DNA of 64,000 nt from the human T2T-CHM13v2.0 reference genome, Homo sapiens. The position numbers were made by a program, and so were the translations under genes. Positions 25,894 through 37,585 of the stretch are shown in pieces (position 1 is the stretch's first letter; each line of letters opens with the position of its first letter). The stretch is taken from NCBI RefSeq assembly GCF_009914755.1, contig NC_060946.1; one strand, written 5' to 3'. The notes below the pieces were generated by a model. The model was not told where the DNA came from, searched no databases, and saw nothing but the letters and a program-made list of their open reading frames with translations.

Positions 25894-26313
25894 CACACAC
25901 ACACCATAGACTGGCAAGGTAAACAGAGAAGCAGAGAAGCAGAGAGAAGGATGGCAGAAATGGGGGGTGGGGAGGTGACAAACAGCCTTAGATGCTCCAG
26001 AGATGCCAAGTCCTTGGGTCCTCATTCCCATTTACTCTCTTAACAACACTGCAACAGGGAGGACAGGGATGATTGTCTCTTCCGTGGGAAAAGAAGCTGG
26101 GCTCTAAGATGCTTCCGTGGGCTCTAAGATGCTGACCAGCTGCCCTGGTCACAGAGCTGCAAATGGGCCCCAAGAACAAGGTGTGAGCTGGTAAGGGGCG
26201 TCCACCGCAACACTGCAAATCAGGTTCTGCCTCCGAAACCTTGAACTCAGGGTCCAACAAAGTGACACAAGGGCCCAGACATTCCCCAAGAACGCCAGCT
26301 CAAGGGGGCTTAC

Positions 26314-26490
26314 TTCTTTTACACAGAAATGAAGACTTCTCGTAGCAGCTCTCGGCGTGCCAGCTGTGGAGGTCGTGGTGCCGCAGGGTGGGGAAATGGA
26401 AGCACTGAAGCTGGGCACAGAACACGTTGTCGTTCTCAGACATGGCCGAGGCAAAGATGGGGTCTGGGGGCAGGAACACCTCTGAAGAGC
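26314..26490 (-). CDS. DGCR2: DGCR2 exon 6 (C-type lectin, C-terminal part)
   Basis: ccccaacag acceptor, GTAAGC donor, 177 nt. Encodes [32 protein letters not shown]...[11 protein letters not shown]. Confidence 0.97.
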
Positions 26491-29400
26491 CTGTTGGGGA
26501 GACAAAAGGTGGGGCTGGACAACATCACATCAGAGGACAAGCTGTGCAGTCCTCAAGGGGACCATGGCGTCAGACAGGATCATCAACCACAGGGCCTGGA
26601 CCGCCAAGTACTGGTGGTCACTGTGGCCAGGTGTTCACTCGGGACTCCCCAACCTCCTGGGAGTCACCCCAGGTGCTGGGCCTAGCGGGAGCCACTCCTT
26701 GGAGCCTGCAAGCACACAGGCCACAAACCCTGGGTAGCAGTAAGTGCCAGCCTGAGCACCAGAAGAGGGTGCTGGATCACGGTTAGTGGGTGGCATTTAA
26801 AGTTAGAGCAACAGCATAATAACAAAGTAATGGATTGTGGCACACTGGATTAAAATGCAAACAGGGGAATGGGCAAGGGAAACAGGCAGGGAAGCTCTCC
26901 CTTAGGACAGCACACTCAGATAAACAGAAGACTTACAAAGTCCACCCAACACCCAGGAGAAAGGCGCCGTCAGGCAGCATTGGCACTGGCCGGCACTGCC
27001 AGCAGCTGGCTGCAGGGAACACTTAGGAAGCACTGGCTCCCGGGGACCTCTCTCAGCTCAAGGGAAACTGTCACCCACTCAGCTCCTGCCTGTCTAAGCC
27101 AGGCACAAGGCAGTCAGAAACCGTGTACCCCTGCCGCAGAGAGCGTGAGGGTTGGGGACTGCTAACCTCCAAGCCTCTCTTTTGCAAGGTTCCAGGTGGG
27201 CTCTGGCCATGCCCAGGGCATGGCACAGCCAGCCCTAGGCCCCACTCTCTCCCCTGCACGGCCCTTCCAGTCTGGGCTGCCAAGATTCCTTGAGGCTTAC
27301 CCGACCAGGATCAATGGAAACACAAAGCAACCTTTCCAAGAAGCAGAATAATGAAGGCACACCTGGTGCTCTCCCCCTCCTAAGACAGCAGCAGTGCAGC
27401 TCACCCCATTTATAAGCCTCCAGCATTCTCACCTGCGTCTTTTGGAGCTGTTTATACCCAGCACGAAACATGGGGCTCTGCCTCAAAAAAGCCAGTGAGT
27501 CTGGAGGCAGGCCTATGCTGTGGGCCTGTGGACACATGGTGCCCTGCCATGGGCAGGAGGACAGCTCTCAGGAAGCTCTGAGACCTGCAAGACCTGTGCC
27601 GGGCCAGCAGGCAGCCACAGCAACAGCTGTGCCCCCTTCCCAGGGACATACAGGCCCAGCATCTCGCCTGCCTCATCTGCATCTATCAGACCCACAGCAG
27701 AGCAGGAAAGGGGCCCACTGTCTGGAGTCACCTCCCCATACCACCTGGTGGGCTGGTCTCCACTGCTGACAGTGGGTGCCACCACCATCACGCTGTGCAC
27801 CACCCCACCTTTCCTCCAGGCCCCCGAGCCCCTGCACACCCTCCTCATCTCCCACAGATGCCTTCTCACCTAAGTAGAGCCCCTCCCCTTTTAAACACTG
27901 TTTTCTTCACTATTTGCCTTCTTGTCCCGTGGCAAGAAAACCAAACAGGTTCCTTCCAATCTTTAACAAACAAAAAATCTTCAGCGCTGAAGCTAGTTGC
28001 CAGCTAAGAGCTCCTGCCCACAACTACAGTACATGACAGCAGACTGAGACCAAGGACACAAATGACCTCTCCGGGCAGAGTCCTGGGACCCAGCATTTGC
28101 CCACGAAAGCTGCCTGGACCGGGGCACAGCAAGTCAGAGTGAGTCAGGCAACCAGCAAAACAGGGTTCGTGTGGCACTCTAGGCCAGGGCCCAGAGAGCC
28201 ACACAGTGCTCCCTCCTGGCAGCAAGCTGCATGGGCACCTGTGTAGCGCCCCTGCCCAGGGGAGCTGCTGGTGGCTCTGCATCCAGGTGCTGAATGGGGG
28301 CTGGTCATGCGGGCACTGCATGCCTACCCGAGGTGCAGCCTTGCAGAGCGGGCAGGTGTTCGTCTTTGGAGCATCCCTGGAAGAGGTCACAGTGGCAGCC
28401 ATGAACAAGGCAGCCTGTGGGGCTGGAGAAGAGGCTGGGGAGTGGTAGGTGATGAGGGTAGTGAAGGAAGGGGCTGCTGGCCTTGATGGAACTGTGATTT
28501 CTATGAGAAACGAGAGCTGTGAACAAGGGAGCAGAGGTGAAAAGGACCCCCGGCAGCTGTGTGAGGAGCGGTGGGGCTGGGGCCAGGAGACCAGACAGAG
28601 GCCATGAGCACAATCGGGTGACGGATGATTGGGTGTTAGATCCCGGTGGGGGCTGCAAGACTGGTGCCAGGTGATGAGATCCTGGACATATTCCAAAGGT
28701 GTGAGAGGAGCCTGGAGGCTTCCCGATACTGCACTGGGGATGACTCCTGCAGATTTTCCTCCAGGGCCTCCCACTTCCTCCTGGACACCCCCTTACCTCA
28801 AACATCCCGCTCTTCCTGAAGGACCCTCATCCTAGAGAAAGGCCCTGTGAGCAGAGCTGCCCTGGCTACCAGAGTGACTGGGAGCAGTTCCTCGTGCAGA
28901 GCCCTCCTCTCAAGCCTCCCTCCAAGACACTACTCCTCACCCCCTGCCACCCCAGCAGATCCAGTCCTCACCTCGACAGGGTGGCGGCAAGTTTCCAGGT
29001 GCCCCTCCCATATGTCCACACATGAGGTGTGCGCAGGACTCTGACGGGAGCCTTGGGCTGGGCCGTCACCAGCCACCGGAGGACACCCTGCTCCCCAGAC
29101 TGATACACGAGGGCATCTGAACCTGATTACCTCTGCCACCACATCCTCTCCCACATGTGCGAGCAGCCACTGCCACCTCCATGTCCACCGCTGCTCGCCG
29201 AGCCTGGAGAACCCTCCCCGGCCCCCGAGTCCCCCATTGTTCGAGTGGTGGGGAGACCTTCACTCACTTTTCTGAGCCCTCAAAGAACCTCCCCTTCCTG
29301 TCTCGCCACCTCCACAGCCACAGAATGAGCCTCCACTCGGGCCCACCAGGGGCTGTCCAGATGCTCCCGAATGCCCCACCACGGTGGCAGCTGCCTCACT

Positions 29401-32115
29401 CAGGGTCTGTCTCCCCTCCAAGAACTGTGGCCTGACCCCAGCTGACCCCATCCTAGACCAATGGTCAGCTCACCCAGAGGGCAGGGTCTCTACAATGCAC
29501 CTTCCAGTGGCTGCTAGGCCAGCCTGGCCCCTCCCTCACTGCTGACTGAGGCTTCTAAACGCTAGGTCCCACAGGCTGGCCCAGGACCACAGCCCTGACT
29601 GCTGGCCTCAGCGGGCAACACCATACAATCCCTCAGGTACAGCACCAGAGAAAGAAGAAGACGGAGACCATAAAGGACTGGGCACAAGATTTTGGGGGAG
29701 AAAAGAAGGCTTCTACTAAGTCACACACCTCCTGACCTCAGCCAACCTGCAATGTGCGTGCTGAGACACCACGGGGGACAAATGAGGGCCAGGCACTGAG
29801 TAATCTTAAATGAGCAAGTGACACAACATGTGGACACATGAAACACACGCTGTTTTCACTTTTATATTTTAAGGTAAATATCAAGTATGACTCACCAGAC
29901 AGAAGCTACACTGCTGGTGCTGACGGGAAGGCCCTGGGAGCAGCACGTGGGGCGGTGTGGATGATTCTCCCTACACAAGGATCTGTACTTTTTCAACCTT
30001 TCTGCACAAATGTTACAGAAATCCTGGCCTCATGTCTTCTGGCAGCAGCAGCGGCAGTTCTGTCTCCAGGGCACATCATGACCTGGTGCTGTCAAACCTG
30101 CAGGGTCTTGGCCCCCAGGCGGGGCTCACAGGCTGGTGTGGGCCTGGGGGAGCGCCTGGAGAGCGCTCCACCAAGGCGCACAGGAACCCTGCGGAAACGA
30201 GCTCCCAACTTCAAATGTGTGTGCAGGGTGCCGACACATGGGCATAGTAAGCGTCTATGTACCATAGTATCACTCACACCCCAATCTGGAACATATTATA
30301 CAACACAGAAAAGATGGACAACATGTAGATGAAAGAAACATTTTTCAACATCTTAATGTGAGGCCCTTCCACCATCATTAGCTGATATTCTCAGGTACAA
30401 TATTTTCTTAGGGAAGGGTTCAGAATGAGTAACAAATGACTTACATCCATTTCCCATGGTTTTTTGGGTATTTTTGGGGGGGCCAACACCTCAGACCCCA
30501 ATGAGCCCTCTGCTTTGCACCATGTCCCCAGGCAGGAGAAAGGCTGGGGTGGGCTGGGCTGGGCTAGACGTGCTCTTGCTAGCTTGTTTTATACTCAGTA
30601 CTGTCTTCACTCTGCAGCTTGCTTTTGGTACAGGAATTTTTAAAACGATTCCACTATGGAGAGAGGAGTGCGTGCACCCGAGCCACCTCGGTGCTGACCG
30701 CACCCTGCTGCTTGGCTCCTCTCTGCCCTACCACCCTGGGAGCCCCTCCCCTGCAGACTCCAGGATACTGGCTCCTAAAACCACACAACCACAGTCCTAT
30801 TGCTGCACCTAAGAAAATGAATCTTCCACAAGTCCCCACTCATTTCTTGAATTGTCCTGTGGAAGATTTTATAAGCCTCCCAACCTAGGACACCATAAGG
30901 GTTCTTGTGCCACATTTGGTTTTATGTTTCTTTAATCTCTTTAAGCCCAGAACCACTCATGATGCTGAGCTGCATCAAGGGCCAGTTATCCTGCAGCAGA
31001 AGAATTATTGTTATTGTTACTATTTGTTTTGTGACCACTATTTAAATCCGCTAACAGAGTTCCCGAATCCATTTAACTGGGCACAAGCAGGCAGCGGCAC
31101 ATGGTCACCTCCGTGGAGCTCCGGGATGCTGTGGGGCCCCTTGCACGTTGAGCCACACAAATAGGGAGCTCTATGCCAGCTGCAGCTGCCAGCACCAACA
31201 TACGTGTTCAATCTTTTTCTAAATTTTAGGTTCACTCTCCTGCCTGAGGCTCCAATGGAGTCACTGAGCTGCACTTGGCCATTAAAGCCCACCCAGGACC
31301 CTTGCCATTCTCACACCAAGCATGAGGCCCCCAGTCCCCAACTCTGAATGTGCTGTCATCCCACTCAGAATCATGTCTTCTCTTCAACCACCAGTGTCAG
31401 GAGGACAAGCTACCAGGAGAATTATGCTCTATGAGGCAAACTTTGACTCTGGGGCCTGGAAACCCAGAAGCCACTGATTAGTCAATAGCAATCTAAACAA
31501 TGCACTCATAAAGCCAGGGAATGCAAATGTGGCTGGGGCTCTCAGGAGGGCACTGGTGGTCATGAGAACAGGGTGGCATCTGTCCTGAGCAGGATCGGGA
31601 CAGCAGGTGTGGCCCCAGTCTGCTGGGCTCTGCAGCCCCCACCTCTGCTCCTGCCCTGTCCCAGCAGCCAGGCATGGCCCCGCCTCTATGGGGCCCTCTT
31701 TTCTCCAGGGAAGCCGGCCACCCAGGCCTTGACCCTTTTCAACCCTGTCCCCAGGCCCATCACTCCTCATTTATCCTTCTTAGAGATACTTAAGACATCA
31801 ACAGCAGGACTGGGATGTGTTTATGAAAAGAACCCAAATCCTAGCTCAAGCCACAGGCACAAAGTACAGCCCAACAGACAGGGAAGGGGCAGGGCAAGGG
31901 AGTGTGACCCTGGCGGCAGCTGGAGAGGGCACTGCTGGAGTATGTCCAGGAGGAGCTCGCCAGTGCCAGGGCAATGGGACAGGAAGGGCAAGCCAAGTCC
32001 GAGCCCAGGGAATGTAAAGGAAACAGCAGCCATGTTTCCTTTACGTCGTCTTGGTATTTCCAAGCAGCTCCGCATAAAATCTTTGCGCACACACACACAT
32101 GCATTCGCATTCTCA

Positions 32116-32120
<5 letters not shown>

Positions 32121-32169
<49 letters not shown>
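32121..32169. repeat. (TC)n microsatellite, ~24 units
   Basis: Perfect dinucleotide run. Confidence 0.97.
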
Positions 32170-32173
<4 letters not shown>

Positions 32174-32566
32174 GATAGTTTCCTTCAGGTCTGGATTCTA
32201 CGTCTGACCTTTGTCCTGGCAAGCTTGTCCTCCCCTCCAGCCTGCCAGGGGCACACTCTGCATGCTCATTTTTATACTCCAAGGTCTTTAACTTCAAAAG
32301 GAGGCGGGGGACAATCTAGAAAGCTGGCCAAAGTGAGATGCAACAGAGGGTTCCAGAGACAGCCACCGCCCAATGCAGGGCCTGATCTGCAGGCTGCACT
32401 GGCCCCATGACCGCAGCCCTCCCTGCAACTGGGGCTCACCCACTCCATGTCCCCTGCACAGCACCCCTACGGGCCAGGCAGCACTGAGTAAGAGGGAGGA
32501 GGGGAGGCCCCGAATCAGGGTGACTCTGCCCAGCTTCAAACACTCCCACACACCAGAAGGGCTCAC

Positions 32567-32643
32567 CTTTGAATGCCACCTCCCAGCGACCTTCCAAGGA
32601 GCGGTTCCGGCCAGTGATAACATACTGATAGCCAACCCACAAC
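32567..32643 (-). CDS. DGCR2: DGCR2 exon 5 (C-type lectin, middle)
   Basis: ccctgcag acceptor, GTGAGC donor, 77 nt. Encodes [25 protein letters not shown]. Confidence 0.97.
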
Positions 32644-32709
32644 CTGCAGGGCACAGAGACAGAGACAGAGATCTCAGCGGCAGGAGGGATGCAACCATCA
32701 ATGACTGTG

Positions 32710-32988
32710 TGTTTTTTGTTTTTTGAGACGGAGTCTCGCTCTGTCACCAGGATGGAGTGCAGTGGTGCGATCTCGGCTCACTGCAACTTGACTTCCTGGT
32801 TCAAGCAATTCTCCTGCCTCAGCCTCCCGAGTAGGTGGGATTACAGGCACAGGCCACCACGCCCAGCTAATTTTTGTATTTTTTTTTTTTTTTTTTAGTA
32901 GAGACGGGGTTTCACCATATTGGCCAGGATGGTCTCGATCTCCTGACCTCATGACCCACCCGCCTCGGCTTCCCAAAGTGCTGGGATT
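32710..32988 (-). mobile_element. Alu (Sc/Y-like) ending ~65 nt upstream of the exon 5 acceptor
   Basis: Antisense Alu consensus on the plus strand. Confidence 0.92.
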
Positions 32989-34213
32989 GTTTTTTAATAG
33001 CTATACTGACCTCCACAACACTGAGCTTCTAACATGAGACACTCATGTTAGAATGCATTAAAATTCAAAACAAGAAAGTTCACAGGGCAGGAAAAGTTTT
33101 ATCTCAGGGAACTCTTGCCAAGACTGTTTCTATGAGCTAAACCGGTAAAGCTTTCACAATTTAAGCAAGAACAATCTTATTCTTGGTAGACATGAAACCC
33201 CATGAATACAACTCGGTGACTATGCTAAAACCACAGGACAGGGCACTCCACAGGGGAGATTTTCATGGCATGTGAACTGCATCTCAATAAAGACATAAGT
33301 CCCTGCAAATATCCACTACCATGGGGGCTGAAAACACTTGCACGGCTTCCCACTCAGAGCCAGCCCACCTCAGGCCTGCAGCCTGCTCCTGAGCATGCAG
33401 GCCTAGCACTGAAAGGACCTTGCACTGGCATCTGGCTGACCGCCATAAGCTCCTGCCTAGTCCATGTCCCTTGGCCCAGCTTTCCAGCCCCAAGCCTAGA
33501 GATGCCCATCAGCAGGTCTCCCCGCATGGCAGGAGCCCAGGGATGGCACACTCTGCCCTATGCTGTGCAACCACAAGGCTGTCCTCAGAGATGGGGCTGC
33601 CCTGCCCTCCGGGCTATACCCTCTTGCTTCTCCACTGGACTCACAGGCCTGTCCTCATGGGGTTAGTACAACAACCTGTGAGCTAAGAGTTAGTTTCCTC
33701 CCTTTGTAGCTGCAGAAGGAAAAACAACTCCGTCTTGTGATTTGCCAAACTCTCACAGGGCATAACTGTGGAGTCAAAACCCAGCTTGGGTCTTGAAGCG
33801 AAGGCCCCCTTGCTTTCTTGGGGGGAACCCCCACCTACACTGCACACCCCTTGCACAAGGCCCACGAAGCCCCACACCAAGCAGTTCTCCCCACACAAGC
33901 CAGCACCCCCAGCCCCCTGCCTGCGCTCAGCAACTGCACTTGTACAAGGAGAGGGGTACCAATGAAAGGGGCTGCCCCACAGTCCCACAAAGTAGCAGCA
34001 GAGTCCAGCCTGCCCCTGCTCCCAGGACCCTCCACCTATCTCGATGCACACTCCTACCCATGGATCTCCTGGGCTTCCAGTGGGCGAGGCTGGTCTTCCC
34101 AACCTGCTGTCTGCCAGCTGTGCTCCAGGAGTTTACTGAGTGGTCAGAGGCCATGTGCTCAGTAGTCATCAGACTCTGACTCCAGCCCCTCAGGTCCCCA
34201 ATCCAGGACTCAC

Positions 34214-34433
34214 TTGCGCTGGTCCTTCCAACCAAAGCTCCGCTCGGGCTGGTCCCATTCCTGGGCCAGGACAAAGCGCAGCTCCTGGTCAGTGGAGAAG
34301 GTGGCGAGAGAGCCATTCAGGCGCTGGCAGGTCTGCGCGGCATCCCAGTAGTTCTCCCCGCTCAGGTAGACCCGGTAGCAGCTGGCCGTGCCTTCGTAGT
34401 GGTGCCACCCTGTCGGGCACTTCCCTAGGAAAC
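34214..34433 (-). CDS. DGCR2: DGCR2 exon 4 (C-type lectin, N-terminal part); long form starts at 34433, short form at 34424
   Basis: Encodes (S)[45 protein letters not shown]...WKDQR, GTGAGT donor. The 220-nt and 211-nt forms both keep frame. Confidence 0.95.
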
Positions 34434-35485
34434 ATAAAGGACAGAAGGGGAGTTGTCCCCCAAGTTAGGATCCAGCTCCAAAATGGAAATTATATGTACT
34501 CCATCAGGGACAGGCACACCTTGTAAATCACCCTAGAGAAGTGGGGAAACTGAGGCTCAAGAGGACAAGGTCTGCTTCTGAAACCACATTGCAGAAATGC
34601 TCAAGTTTCTCTAAAACACAGATTCAATGATACAAGTACATTCGGTGACTCTTCCCATTTCTATAAGATCTTTTAATTTATTCACTAGTCAAGAACGGCT
34701 GCTGAATTAAGTCTTGTAAAGTGGATTTCATTCTCTGGGTTAACAACACAGCACAACTCCCATGCAGTTCACTTTGGGCCCTGCTTCCAATGCCCAGCTC
34801 TCCTGGCCTCCGCTGCCAGCTAGCCCACTCCCCTCTCTCCCTTTTCTACTTACATGAGCATTTGCAGTGGGGGCTGGCCAACCCTCCACTAAAACAGCAG
34901 CTCAAAGGATAACAGCTGGGAGAGCCATGACACTGTGTGACCCGCCCCTGCCTCCCACAGCCGAAAAAAATAAGGTGTGGGCGATGCCACAGGTGGCAAA
35001 GCTAAGGAGCCAGCCAGCACTTGAGTATCAATGAGTCTGGCCAGCGTCCTCTCACTTCCTCCACCCATCACTTCCGACTCCTACACCCACACACGGGAAT
35101 GCCTGGTAATTTACAGCTCACCTTAGGTAACACCAGTGACCTGTTTTATAGAATCTTTAACCTTCAAATGTTGGGTACCTCATATTAGTACACTGGAGAA
35201 GAGTGACAATTTTTAGCAAAGCCAGTTGTAAAATTAAAAATGCCATTTTTAAAGTGCATCTATGTCTTGTGGCACTAGTAAAACTTCTAGACACGTATCC
35301 CCATGTATTTATTATGTAAGCATGTGTGTGTGTGTGACTTCTTCATAAAGGCACATAGATTACAGAAAAAGAGGGGCACCCCTAGCCCCTAAGCATGGCC
35401 ACAGCTGGACAGCACCATCTGCTCACCGTGAAGGGTACACCTGAGTGTGCAAGGAAGCTCTTTAGGTGCAGACAAGGAATCAGAG

Positions 35486-35828
35486 GGCTGGCAACAGTGG
35501 CTCACGCCTGTAATTCCAGCACTTTGGGAGGCCGAGGTGGGCAGATTGCTTGAGCTCAGGAGCTTGAGACCAGCCTGGGCAACATGGCGAAACCCCCTAT
35601 CTACCGAAAATACAAAGAATTAGCCAGGTGTGGTGGGGCACACCTGTAGTCCCAGCTACCTGGGAGGCTGAGGTTGGAGGATCACTTGAGCTCAAAAAGG
35701 CAGAGACTGCCTGCAGTGAGCCAAAAGTGCGCCACTGCACTCCAGCCTGGGTGACAGAGTGAGACCCTGTCTGAAAAAAAACAAACAAAAAACAAACAAA
35801 CAAAAAAAAACAAAACAACAATAAAAAA
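35486..35828 (+). mobile_element. Alu (J-like)
   Basis: Alu consensus with an (AAAC)n tail. Confidence 0.9.
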
Positions 35829-36778
35829 TGTCAAGGCATCAGCTCTCGAGAAGGTGTGTTGCACATTCATTGCGTGTTTCCTGGGTGCCACACCAATGCA
35901 TGCAGCCTGACCACATGCCCCGCAGGTGGCTCTGCACCGTCTCCATGAAGAGGTGAGGACACTGAGGCAGGCAGAGGCCAGGCCCCTATCTCAGGCAAGG
36001 TGAGAGGAAGCCCTCTAGGGAGGGAAGCTGGCTGAGGCATGGAGGGAAGGAGACATCCCAGGATGGGAGCCAGCTGGCTGGGGCATGGAGGGAGGAAGCA
36101 CTCCTGTGCACTGACTCATCTTCTTTATGTTCTGAACTTGGTGGAGTCGCTTACTACCCAGGCAGAAGTGCTGCCTGTTCAAAACTGAACAGACAGGCAA
36201 GGGGAAGGAAGAACATGGAGCTGAGCATCAGGACCCCCTGGGGCTGCACTGTGAACTGCCCCTTCCCTACAGGTGGCCTCTCAGCCTCAGTGTCTTCACA
36301 CACCAAGCCTGTGCACCACACTTGCACTGTGGGGACCCGTTCGGGCTGTGGGCACAGGCCGGAGACAAAGTGCATCACCAGGACATGTCCAGCCCTGCTT
36401 CAGCCGCACCAACATGCGTGACCACCTGGAAACACCTGGCCCCACTCTGGCCACCCAGGGTTGGTGGGGGTTCTGCCAGAAGCAGACCTGGTCACCTCTG
36501 AGGTGCTCCCCAGTGCTGAAAGTCTGGGGGCTGAGGAGTAACACAAGCAGACAGGCCCAAGGCAGGGCAGCAGGCCCATCCAGTATCAGTCCTGCCTGGT
36601 CCACAGCCGCTGCTCAGCGTACTTGGGTACCTCGCGCCTGAGAGGGTCTGCTCAGGGCCATTTCAGTGGTGGCTTTTCCTCCCCTCAACCTTCCTTGATG
36701 ATCTCATGCCCCTTTAAAATTTCAATGTCATAGGTAATTTATTAAATAACTAATCACCTTAAAAATTTTTCTTAAAAT

Positions 36779-37060
36779 GGCTGGACACAGTGGCTCATGC
36801 CTGTAATCCTAGCACTTTGGGAGGCTGAGGTGGGTGGATCACCTCAGGTCAGGAGTTCGAGACCAGCCTGGTCAATGTGGTGAAACCCGGTCTCTACTAA
36901 AAATACAAAAATTAGCCGGGCGTGATGGCACGTGCCTGTAATCCCAGCTACTCGGGAGGCTAAGACAGGAGAATCACTTAACCTGGAAGGCAGAGGTTTC
37001 AGTAAGCTGAGATTATGCCACTGCACTCCAGCCTGGGTGACAAGCGTGAGACTCCGTCTC

Positions 37061-37091
<31 letters not shown>

Positions 37092-37092
37092 G
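36779..37092 (+). mobile_element. Alu (S-type) with (TAAA)n tail
   Basis: Alu consensus, TAAA repeats at 37061-37092. Confidence 0.92.
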
Positions 37093-37459
37093 GAGTCGAG
37101 CCTTCCCATTTTATTGCTGTATCTAAACTCAGAGCTGGTTTCCTCATTTATAAAAGGGAATAATACAACTTTGGAATTTCCAAGGGCCAGTGCCTTCTGG
37201 CCCTGAAAAGCAGTCACTTTGTGAGAACAAGCAGCCTGGCCTCAGAGCCGGTTGACTTCCTAGGGCCTTGAGTCACATACCACCACTCCAGCGCTGGGTG
37301 ACTGCAGGTGGGTCATCATGCAGCCTCATTCATTCCCCTCACTGGCCTCCAAGGGCTGCTTTGAGAAACCCCTCACGCAGCACAGTAGCGCTGGAAAGGC
37401 AGGGGTCATGTCAGGCTTGCACTCCCCAGTGTCCCAGTCAGGGCAGGTCTGCAACTTAC

Positions 37460-37585
37460 TGCTGAAGCGAACGGGCTGCGCCACGTTCACCGCGTGGAAG
37501 TGCGAAGGGTCGCCTCCTCTGGCCCGCCCCTGCCGCGGATCCACAGCCTCCTTCCCATGATGAGGACGCACCTCCCCGGTCACTT
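37460..37585 (-). CDS. DGCR2: DGCR2 exon 3 (linker)
   Basis: gctttcag acceptor, GTAAGT donor, 126 nt. Encodes [42 protein letters not shown]. Confidence 0.97.

Noticed and set aside
28004-28774. 256-aa minus-strand ORF in intron 5
   Set aside because: Pro/Ser/Cys-rich random-like translation with no motif or exon support.
29896-29933. Possible 38-nt cryptic poison exon (ctcccag...CTG|GTGAGT, minus strand)
   Set aside because: Good-looking splice-site pairs occur often by chance in introns. It cannot be supported without RNA data.
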